Of a DNA stretch of 64,000 nucleotides, positions 1-8,086 are shown one piece after another. The position numbers were made by a program, and so were the translations under genes. The notes under the pieces were generated by a model. It ran no database searches. It was not told where the DNA came from and was given only the letters and a program-made list of their open reading frames with translations. This stretch comes from Fidelibacterota bacterium (GTDB lineage Bacteria; Fidelibacterota; Marinisomatia; Marinisomatales; UBA1611): the NCBI GenBank assembly GCA_002708715.1, contig PAPB01000024.1, forward strand, positions 33,320 through 97,319, in the 5' to 3' direction. Within the stretch, counting starts at the first letter, position 1. Each line of letters opens with the position of its first letter.

Positions 1-1044
1 ATAGAGTGGAATGGACTAAAATTTATTAGGGAGGATAGTACTTTTTTTCACCCTGATGATTGTAAAAAACTTTTTGAAATTGTTGATAAAGACCCGGCTA
101 TTGAATTAGCTAAGGTGCCAGGAATGATTTGGCCAGAGCAGAATGCAGTGCAAAAGCATGTAATCTCTTGTGTTAGTTTAAAGTGTATTATGTTGAATCG
201 TATTCAAAAAAGAAAGTTTAAAGTTATTATTGATTCAGTTAATGGGGCTGGTTCGCATGCACTACCAATAATGTTGCAAGCGTTAGGGTGTGAAGTGATA
301 AAATTAAATTGTGAACCAGATGGGAATTTCAATAGAGGAACTGAGCCATTACCTGAAAACTTAATGGATCTCTGTCAGATGGTTAGAGATCATCATGCTG
401 ATGTAGGTTTTGCGATAGACCCAGATGCTGATAGATTAGCAATCGTTAATGAGAAGGGAGAACCTTTAGGAGAGGAATATACAATAGTGTTAGCTGCTGA
501 TGGCTATTTAGATGAAACGAATCGGAGTGAAAAATTTGTTCTTAATCTTTCTTCTTCTTTAGCATTAGAGAAACTTGCGGAAATTAAAAAAAGTTCTGTA
601 GTTCGTTCTGCGGTGGGTGAGATAAACGTTGTTAATAAAATGAATGAAGTTAATTCTAATTTTGGAGGAGAAGGGAATGGTGGTGTTATTTTACGTGAAT
701 GCCATTTAGGACGTGATTCATTAGTTGGAGTTACAATGATTTTGAACCGGATGTCTCAATCAAATGATCCATTGAGCGTAATACATCAATCGTTACCTCA
801 GTTTAAAATTGTAAAAGACAAACTAAGCCTTGAAAGCATAGATGCTGATGAAATTATAACAAAAGCAATAGAGCTTTTTAAAAGTGCAGAAAAAAATACT
901 TTAGATGGAATAAAATTTACTTGGGATGATAGTTGGATACATCTTCGTAAATCTAACACAGAACCAATAATGCGGATTTATGCCGAGGCTCCTGATGAAC
1001 TTCGAGCAATAAAATTAGTAGATAAGATAAAGAATCTTATTTGA
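1..1044 (+). CDS. alpha-D-phosphohexomutase family protein (phosphoglucosamine/phosphomannomutase-like), 5' end outside window
   Basis: The frame is open from base 1, with no stop before the GTG at 115. It carries the metal-binding loop GFAIDPDADRLAIV and the C-terminal phosphate-binding loop RKSNTEPIMRIY typical of the family. Confidence 0.8.
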   Translation: MEWNGLKFIREDSTFFHPDDCKKLFEIVDKDPAIELAKVPGMIWPEQNAVQKHVISCVSLKCIMLNRIQKRKFKVIIDSVNGAGSHALPIMLQALGCEVIKLNCEPDGNFNRGTEPLPENLMDLCQMVRDHHADVGFAIDPDADRLAIVNEKGEPLGEEYTIVLAADGYLDETNRSEKFVLNLSSSLALEKLAEIKKSSVVRSAVGEINVVNKMNEVNSNFGGEGNGGVILRECHLGRDSLVGVTMILNRMSQSNDPLSVIHQSLPQFKIVKDKLSLESIDADEIITKAIELFKSAEKNTLDGIKFTWDDSWIHLRKSNTEPIMRIYAEAPDELRAIKLVDKIKNLI

Positions 1045-1686
1045 ATGAAAAGTTTAGCCCATTTTATTGATCACACAAACCTAAGCCCTGTTGCACAGGA
1101 GAGAGATATTAAGGTGTTGTGTGATGAAGCTATTAAATATGATTTTGTTTCTGTGTGTTTAAATCCTGTTTATGTTCCAATTGCAAAATCGTTTTTGAAA
1201 AATAAAAACATAAGGGTTTGTTCTGTTGTTGGTTTTCCTCTTGGCGCTGACTCAGCGGAAATGAAATATGCAGAAGCACGATTTTTAATTTTTAATGGTG
1301 TCGATGAAATAGATATGGTAATGAATATTGGTTCTTTGAAAGAGAAAAGAACTAATATTGTTAAAAATGAAATAAAAAAAGTGGTTGATGCTGCAGAGGG
1401 AAAGATTGTAAAAGTAATTATAGAGACTTCTTTATTAGATAATGATGAAAAAATTTTAGCTAGTAATTTAGTAGAAGATTGTGGCGCAAATTTTGTTAAA
1501 ACTTCTACTGGGTTTTCTGATGGTGGTGCAACTATTGAAGACGTAAAATTAATAAAAAAAGCTGTTGGTAGCCAGATAGGTGTTAAAGCTAGTGGGGGTA
1601 TAAAAACAAAGGCATCAGCTATTTCATTTATTGAGGCTGGCGCTGATCGTATTGGGACTAGCAGCGGGGTGAAAATAATTTCATGA
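1045..1686 (+). CDS. deoC: deoxyribose-phosphate aldolase
   Basis: 213 aa with FVKTSTGF (Schiff-base Lys region) and GVKASGGI motifs. The N-terminal IDHTNL is typical of DeoC. Confidence 0.9.
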   Translation: MKSLAHFIDHTNLSPVAQERDIKVLCDEAIKYDFVSVCLNPVYVPIAKSFLKNKNIRVCSVVGFPLGADSAEMKYAEARFLIFNGVDEIDMVMNIGSLKEKRTNIVKNEIKKVVDAAEGKIVKVIIETSLLDNDEKILASNLVEDCGANFVKTSTGFSDGGATIEDVKLIKKAVGSQIGVKASGGIKTKASAISFIEAGADRIGTSSGVKIIS

Positions 1687-3089
1687 ATGATACAGTTGTG
1701 CTAAAACGTGGTACAGAATTAGAATTAGATATTCAATCCTTAGCTTATGGTGGAATGGGTGTAGCAAAGATTGATAATTTTGTAATATTTGTAAAAAATG
1801 CAATTCCAGGGCAAAAAGTATTTGCCTATGTATACAAAAAGAGGAAGGGATACGCCGAGGCGAGTGTAAAAGAGGTCCTTAAAGAATCTGAATATGCTGA
1901 AAAAGTTCACTGTAATCATTATTACATATGTAGCAAACTTCAAAGTCTATCATACGATCAGCAAATAATTGAAAAAGCGAATCAGGTCGAAGATACTTTT
2001 CGAAGATTAGGGGGTTTTTTAAAATTCTCTTTAGATAATACGGTAATTGCGAAACAAATTTTTAATTATCGTAATAAAATGGAGTTTACTTTTTCACCAC
2101 ATAGATGGGTACTTGATAGTGAACCAGAAGGTGTGGATCGTTCTTTTGCGTTGGGTTTACATATGACTGGTAGGTATGATAAAATACTTGATATTCATAG
2201 CTGTCACATACAGCCAAAAATTGGTGATCGGATATTATCGATTGCAAGAGATGTTTGTTTAAAAAACCCTCAACTTAGACCATATGATCCTAAAACACAT
2301 ATTGGTTTTTTACGTTTTTTGATGATTCGATATGGCTTTAATACTCCTGATCTCATGGTAAATATAGTTACCTCTTATAATGATATGAATAAACTATCTC
2401 CACTTACCGATAGGTTATTAGAAGAAGTACCAGAGATTACCTCCATGGTTAATAATGTTAACACACGTAAAGCAGATGTAGCTTTTGGTGAGTATGAAAC
2501 ATTATTATATGGGAACCCATACATTCATGAAAAGTTAGGTGATTTAACTTATGAAATCTCTGCTAATTCTTTTTTTCAGACAAATACATTACAAGGAGAA
2601 GTCCTTTACAAAGAGGTAGAAAAATTAATTGATTTTAAAGGTGATGAAATAGTTTATGATTTATATTGTGGCACTGGAACTATAGGTTTATTTCTAGCGC
2701 AAAATGCAAAAGAGGTTTACGGGTTTGAAGTGATTAGATCTGCATTAGAAGATGCTGAAAAGAATGCTGATTTTAATAACATAGAAAATGTTCAATTTTT
2801 AAAAGCAAATCTTGATACTTATTTTAAATCTGGTCAACTTCCAAAAAAGATACCAAGACCAGATGTAGTTATTGTAGACCCTCCTCGAGCAGGAATGCAT
2901 CCAGATATGACGCAATATTTACCGAAGTTGAAAGCAAAAAAAATAGTTTATGTATCATGTAATCCAACGACTCAGGCTAGAGATGCGAAGATATTACATG
3001 ATAAAGGATACAAAATAAATAAAGCTGTTATGGTTGATATGTTTCCTCATACTCCACATATTGAAAATATAGTATTATTTTCTAAGTAA
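1683..3089 (+). CDS. rlmD: 23S rRNA (uracil-C5)-methyltransferase, RlmD/RumA family (TRAM domain + SAM methyltransferase)
   Basis: N-terminal TRAM-like segment (LAYGGMGVAKIDNFVIFVKNAIPGQKV). SAM motif DLYCGTGTIG, VVIVDPPRAGMH, and catalytic Cys in YVSCNPTTQARD. ATGA overlap with the deoC stop. Confidence 0.85.
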   Translation: MNDTVVLKRGTELELDIQSLAYGGMGVAKIDNFVIFVKNAIPGQKVFAYVYKKRKGYAEASVKEVLKESEYAEKVHCNHYYICSKLQSLSYDQQIIEKANQVEDTFRRLGGFLKFSLDNTVIAKQIFNYRNKMEFTFSPHRWVLDSEPEGVDRSFALGLHMTGRYDKILDIHSCHIQPKIGDRILSIARDVCLKNPQLRPYDPKTHIGFLRFLMIRYGFNTPDLMVNIVTSYNDMNKLSPLTDRLLEEVPEITSMVNNVNTRKADVAFGEYETLLYGNPYIHEKLGDLTYEISANSFFQTNTLQGEVLYKEVEKLIDFKGDEIVYDLYCGTGTIGLFLAQNAKEVYGFEVIRSALEDAEKNADFNNIENVQFLKANLDTYFKSGQLPKKIPRPDVVIVDPPRAGMHPDMTQYLPKLKAKKIVYVSCNPTTQARDAKILHDKGYKINKAVMVDMFPHTPHIENIVLFSK

Positions 3090-3815
3090 AGCTTTTGAAA
3101 AACGTGATTTTGGTATTGCTTTATCAAACTCAACTTCATCAATAATCCACTCGGTACCTTTGCTATTTCTTTTTAGCTCATCCTTGTATCTGAATTTTGA
3201 GGGAAACCAACGATCCTGTATTTTTTTAAAATAACTTAATGTAGAGGTTTTTAATAGTTTTCCACTTTTAGCATACAGCTCTTCTTTCACAGGGAGAAAA
3301 TATTCTTTATCTATCCAAGACTTTCGTTTTGGGTATGGAAGACCTTTTACTTTTGCCTCCATAGTTATAACCCAATGATCTCTATCAGCTATTATTTCTG
3401 ACCCAGATATATTTGCTTCATAAATTTCTCCCATAGGGCGATCTTCCATCATATCATTGTAAGACATATCTGAACCCATAACAGACTGACGTAACATATG
3501 TCCTGATATTTGAATGACTCGATCTGTTTGTGGTGAATAGGTCCATAGTTTATCATCCAATTTCAACATTTTTGTCCCCGCCTCACGAGCTGGTGAAAGA
3601 TATTCGGTAAATGATTTGTCTGTTCCGATAACCCAGCTTTTAGATTCAATCGTGCGACTAGATCGTCTTCCATGTACCACCATTTTACTTTTTAAAATTC
3701 TACTTTTTGCATTTAAGTTTTTATCCATTTTTGCGATGATTTCATCAACGGTTATATCTTCAGTTTGACCAGTTAGAAATGATAAAGATATAATATATAT
3801 AAGTATTTTTATCAT
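3075..3815 (-). CDS. LolA-like outer-membrane lipoprotein-sorting / hydrophobic-cargo carrier protein (secreted)
   Basis: 246 aa with an N-terminal signal peptide (MIKILIYIISLSFLTGQ). Length and sequence pattern resemble the LolA_like family that is commonly encoded next to FtsX permeases and MMPL genes. 4-nt overlap with the upstream permease. Confidence 0.6.
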   Translation of the reverse strand: MIKILIYIISLSFLTGQTEDITVDEIIAKMDKNLNAKSRILKSKMVVHGRRSSRTIESKSWVIGTDKSFTEYLSPAREAGTKMLKLDDKLWTYSPQTDRVIQISGHMLRQSVMGSDMSYNDMMEDRPMGEIYEANISGSEIIADRDHWVITMEAKVKGLPYPKRKSWIDKEYFLPVKEELYAKSGKLLKTSTLSYFKKIQDRWFPSKFRYKDELKRNSKGTEWIIDEVEFDKAIPKSRFSKALLRK

Positions 3816-5098
3816 GCTTCAAGTTCCTTAAATAATTGTGCCATTTCTCGTTTATATATGGCGACTCCGGATAACATAGTCCCTAATACAGTCGCGATTA
3901 CCCCAGGTATAAAACCGATATAGTACAGATCTGGGGTAATCTGTGCATAGAATATATTTGGCATTACCATTGAGGATGTTGACATAGTTGAAACAACCTC
4001 AGAATAATCTATCCCATATTCTTGCACATAATAGGTAAGCATTAGTCCTATGCTTGTTCCAAAAATGGTACCCGTAAAACCAACGATTAATGCTTCAACT
4101 ATCATGGAACGATAGACGTCACCTTTTGATTCGCCCATTGCAAGACGTAAACCAAATTCACCATGACGTCTAAGCCCATTCATAAGTCCCATATTCCAAA
4201 GAACTATCGTAACAATTATTAAAAATACGCCTCCGATTATTAATAAAAATGCATCGACCATATCAACCATAGTACCCATTTGCTGGCTAGAATTACGTAA
4301 TGCTATCATAACTGGGCTGAATATATCAGAGGTGTCAGAGTGGCTATTATTGTAATCATTACTGATATCTATGGCTTTCTTATCATTATAAAATAGTGAA
4401 TTGGTAAAACCGAAAATTTCCGAGGCTGCGTTCTCCATATCTAAAGCTTTTCTAGCGCCTGAGATATCAACAAGCATCATTTGCTTATCTGCTTGCCCTT
4501 TACGTAAGTCAAATGTTCCCACTACTAAAAAATTATATGTAGTGAACGCGTTATGCATTGTTGTGCCAATGTAGGTTGCTATATCTCCAATAGTAATATT
4601 TAGCTTGTTTGCTAGTTTTTCACTTATCAGTACTTCTTCTGAAGTTTTCGGGATTCTACCGTTGACTAGATTATTTTCAAGTTCCCATAGTTCTTTCATT
4701 CTTGAATTTTTATTTAGTAAATCAATCCCCATGGCAATAACTGGTCCTTGGTCTTTTGTTTCGCCATTAGAATCTGGCATGTCTAATAGTCCCCCGAAGG
4801 TTATTCTGGGGCTCCAAAAATGATCAGGGTATTCTTTATTAAGATTTACTATTATTTGATCAACATCTAAAAGAGCAAGGTCATTTGGAAGCATTTGACT
4901 TTCTTCTTTATAAGCACGAGTCACTACTTTTTCATGCCCTGAAATAATTACAGCGGTATCTAAAAATACATTGTTCATACCACCTTTCATGAAACCTATT
5001 GCAAAAATAACAATAGTCACAGTTATCGTAATAATGATAACTGGGAATAGGCTACGAGAGCGATCCCGTAGAAGGCCTTTTGTAAGAAACTGTATCAT
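3812..5098 (-). CDS. ABC transporter permease, FtsX/MacB type (TM1, large periplasmic domain, 3 C-terminal TM)
   Basis: 428 aa with the N-terminal motif LLRDRSRSLFPVIIITITV followed by a roughly 230-aa soluble domain. The C-terminal FtsX-like region has FGLRLAMGESKGDVYR. Confidence 0.8.
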   Translation of the reverse strand: MIQFLTKGLLRDRSRSLFPVIIITITVTIVIFAIGFMKGGMNNVFLDTAVIISGHEKVVTRAYKEESQMLPNDLALLDVDQIIVNLNKEYPDHFWSPRITFGGLLDMPDSNGETKDQGPVIAMGIDLLNKNSRMKELWELENNLVNGRIPKTSEEVLISEKLANKLNITIGDIATYIGTTMHNAFTTYNFLVVGTFDLRKGQADKQMMLVDISGARKALDMENAASEIFGFTNSLFYNDKKAIDISNDYNNSHSDTSDIFSPVMIALRNSSQQMGTMVDMVDAFLLIIGGVFLIIVTIVLWNMGLMNGLRRHGEFGLRLAMGESKGDVYRSMIVEALIVGFTGTIFGTSIGLMLTYYVQEYGIDYSEVVSTMSTSSMVMPNIFYAQITPDLYYIGFIPGVIATVLGTMLSGVAIYKREMAQLFKELEA

Positions 5099-6270
5099 AT
5101 TCCTGTTTTTCCTCTCAAAGCATCTGTGGGCTTCATTTTAGCAATACGTCTAGATGGTAAATAGCTGACGATAATAACAATTGAAAAAACTAAAATTGTT
5201 GTGGTGATGATTAGGCCAAAAGAATAGATGGGCATAAGTCGTTTCGCTATCATAAACCCCATTTCTGTATAGTCCATTGGCATAGGAACACCATGCTTTG
5301 CTGTCCACCAAAGGATTATACCAAAGGGGAATACTGTTAATGCTGAGGCTAAAATAGCATTGATCCCACCTTCTAATGTAAAAAGCCCAACTACTTTTGC
5401 CCGTGTCATTCCAAGGGCCATTAGTGTTCCAATTTCTTTTCCACGTCTAAAAATAGATAAAACCTGTGCATTAAATATTCCCATGGCTGCTAGTGATAGT
5501 AGAATTGTAAACATGATTTGAATACTAGGTTTATCTGCCTCAATAGCTGCTTCAATATCTTGTATCAGATAGTTTACGTCCCGATGAATCCAACCATCAG
5601 ATTTTTTTACTTTTTTTTCGCCTATTGCATAGGAAACGTATGTGACCTCATCCTTCATGGCTAGCATCTCTTGAGCTTTTTTGATAGGAATCCAAATATG
5701 GCCTATATCTAATTTAAAGTTTTCAGTATCCATAATATGAACCACGGTACCTTCATCTGCATCGTAAGTTCCATCAGAGTCTAGCCAGCGAATTGTAAAA
5801 GAATCTCCAACGTTTAATTTTGCATTATTTGCCATTCCTTTTCCAATTAATACAGGTATGTTAATATCCTTGTTATTATTTAGGGTATTCGTTGGCATGT
5901 TTACAATATTTTGTCCAGGGTCAATTCCTTTCATAATGACAGGCATAATTCGACCATTTGGATAGATCGCTGCTTGGCTTACGAGTATAGGAACTGCTTT
6001 ATTTTTTTCTACTAAAGAACGGATATCTTGAGGTAGAGTGGAATGAGAATCTTCAAATAATATTGGTTCCATTGGATCATATAGTGGATGCCAATAGGCT
6101 CCGCCAGCGATTTCTGTATCAATTGTGACTTGCTTTGCGTGTTGCCGCATTCCATCATACAATCCTGTCATAAAAATAATCATAAAAAACGATATTGCTG
6201 TAACGAAGACATTTAAAAAAGTTCTAAGTTTAGCTCCTAATAAATTTTTTAATGCTATTTTAAATAACAT
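5095..6270 (-). CDS. ABC transporter permease, FtsX/MacB type (second, non-identical copy)
   Basis: 391 aa starting IALKNLLGAKLRTFLNV, typical of MacB/LolC-type permeases. The C-terminal FtsX region has IGTLMALGMTRAKV and ends PSRRIAKMKPTDALRG. Confidence 0.8.
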   Translation of the reverse strand: MLFKIALKNLLGAKLRTFLNVFVTAISFFMIIFMTGLYDGMRQHAKQVTIDTEIAGGAYWHPLYDPMEPILFEDSHSTLPQDIRSLVEKNKAVPILVSQAAIYPNGRIMPVIMKGIDPGQNIVNMPTNTLNNNKDINIPVLIGKGMANNAKLNVGDSFTIRWLDSDGTYDADEGTVVHIMDTENFKLDIGHIWIPIKKAQEMLAMKDEVTYVSYAIGEKKVKKSDGWIHRDVNYLIQDIEAAIEADKPSIQIMFTILLSLAAMGIFNAQVLSIFRRGKEIGTLMALGMTRAKVVGLFTLEGGINAILASALTVFPFGIILWWTAKHGVPMPMDYTEMGFMIAKRLMPIYSFGLIITTTILVFSIVIIVSYLPSRRIAKMKPTDALRGKTGI

Positions 6271-6977
6271 TATACATCTTCTTTTTTTATTTTTTTATCA
6301 TTAATGATATTGCCATCTTCTAAACGAATAATACGTTTTAAATATCCCATGATTTTTTCATCGTGAGTAGCAAACACAAAAGAAGTGTCAAGCTCATTAT
6401 TAAGTTTCGTTAGTATTCTCATGATGTTGTGAGAGTTTTCTGCATCCAGATTAGCGGTAGGTTCATCAGCCATGACAAGCACTGGCTCATGTACAAGTGC
6501 CCTTGCAATAGCAGTTCTCTGACACTCCCCACCACTTAGCATATTAGGTTTGGAGTTGCGTTTATTAGTAAGTCCAACCCATTCGATAGCTTGATTCACT
6601 CTTTTTATTCGATTGGCTTGGTCTATTTTGTTGAGTATAAGGGGTAGTTCGATGTTTTCAAAAACAGTATATACTGGTAGCAGGTTATAACTCTGAAAAA
6701 TAAATCCCATGTATTTTCTCCGCAATTTGGCGCGTTCGTTATGGGTAGTATTATCTAATGACTGATCTAAAACACGTACCGTTCCTTCACTCGCAGAGTC
6801 TAGACCTCCTATAATATTCAGCAAGGTCGTTTTTCCTGAGCCTGATGGACCTATAAGACCAGTAAATTCACCTTTGTGAAGTTTGAGATCCACATTTTTT
6901 AAGGCAGTAAAAAAATCTCCACCTACTGGAAAACGTTTTACTAGATTTTGTATTGAGATGACAGTATTGCTCTCCAT
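6270..6977 (-). CDS. ABC transporter ATP-binding protein (LolD/MacB-ATPase-like)
   Basis: Walker A GPSGSGKTT, signature LSGGECQR, Walker B VLVMADEPT, H-loop ATHD. Confidence 0.9.
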   Translation of the reverse strand: MESNTVISIQNLVKRFPVGGDFFTALKNVDLKLHKGEFTGLIGPSGSGKTTLLNIIGGLDSASEGTVRVLDQSLDNTTHNERAKLRRKYMGFIFQSYNLLPVYTVFENIELPLILNKIDQANRIKRVNQAIEWVGLTNKRNSKPNMLSGGECQRTAIARALVHEPVLVMADEPTANLDAENSHNIMRILTKLNNELDTSFVFATHDEKIMGYLKRIIRLEDGNIINDKKIKKEDV

Positions 6978-6986
6978 ATTATTTCC

Positions 6987-8054
6987 TTAGTGATTGTAGA
7001 TGAACATAAATTGTATGCCCGCACCAAATCCAGAGAGTGATTTTGGGAGCGCATTTTCTGGTATATTATATTGATTTCTTTTTGGATTTAGTGAAAGTAT
7101 CATATTTAAACTATAGCTATCAAAAGTACTACTCCATCGAAAATAATGATAGGATTTTTCTTCTGACCAATCAAATTGAGATATATACATAGCCGCATGC
7201 ATGATACCAATAGGGAAACTTGCCATGATCCCAGAGTAGTTTTGGGTTTCATTTTTTGTTGATATAGACATCGTCTCTGCCATTATTAAAATTCCATTAG
7301 CCACGGGTAATGTATAGTCCGCTCCTATTGATGATAATAGAATTTCTTCATTTTTTGATTTAATCAGTGCACTTTCATTCCAAAAACCAATAAATCCATC
7401 ATATCTGTAGTCAATAGCTGTTCTTGTATGGGAGTTATTAATAGGGACGCCTGGTTGCCCAATCATTTTTTTTGAATTTAAAGGATCTAGATGTAATGTG
7501 AAACCAAATTCACCAAAAGACGAAGAGATTTCGGCTCTCCCACCATAAGATTGAGTGTCTAATTCATTTTGTATAAACCAGGACCATACTGAAATATTAT
7601 TTGATGGGAACCATTTAAGTCTAAATGCTTCTACACCATTAGTTTCACCAGCTGGATCTTTTACGTCAAAAGTGTCAAACCAAGAAAGAGGACGAAGAAT
7701 CTGGGTTGGGCCAAATATAATTTTTTGTAGTCCAAGTCTAGCCTCTAATTTTTCGTTTGAATAGCGTGCCCAAAGGCGATAAGGTTTTTCAATTGTGTTG
7801 TAAAGTGAGTCTCCCGAGTAATCTTTTTGTAGTCGATAACCCCATTCAAAATCTAATAAACCCTGAGTTGGCATTTCTTTTTTTAGGGAAAGAGTGGGGA
7901 TATAGCCGATAATTGATTGATATTTTGACCAATTTTTTGGGATATTATTTCCAGTCATAGCCCCGATTGTCAACATTCCTTTTGTTGAAAACTGGGCGCA
8001 GATAATTGCAGAATTCAAAATTAATCCAAATATTATGTATTTAGAACCATGCAT
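6987..8054 (-). CDS. hypothetical secreted protein, candidate outer-membrane beta-barrel
   Basis: 355 aa with a signal peptide (IIFGLILNSAIICAQ). It is rich in aromatic/Gly alternating stretches (FGFTLHL, IDYRYDGFIGFW, GAGIQFMFIY). The C-terminus ends in NH rather than a canonical aromatic residue, so the barrel call is tentative. Confidence 0.4.
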   Translation of the reverse strand: MHGSKYIIFGLILNSAIICAQFSTKGMLTIGAMTGNNIPKNWSKYQSIIGYIPTLSLKKEMPTQGLLDFEWGYRLQKDYSGDSLYNTIEKPYRLWARYSNEKLEARLGLQKIIFGPTQILRPLSWFDTFDVKDPAGETNGVEAFRLKWFPSNNISVWSWFIQNELDTQSYGGRAEISSSFGEFGFTLHLDPLNSKKMIGQPGVPINNSHTRTAIDYRYDGFIGFWNESALIKSKNEEILLSSIGADYTLPVANGILIMAETMSISTKNETQNYSGIMASFPIGIMHAAMYISQFDWSEEKSYHYFRWSSTFDSYSLNMILSLNPKRNQYNIPENALPKSLSGFGAGIQFMFIYNH

Positions 8055-8086
8055 AAGTAGATATTATAAAAATTTAAAATTGAATA

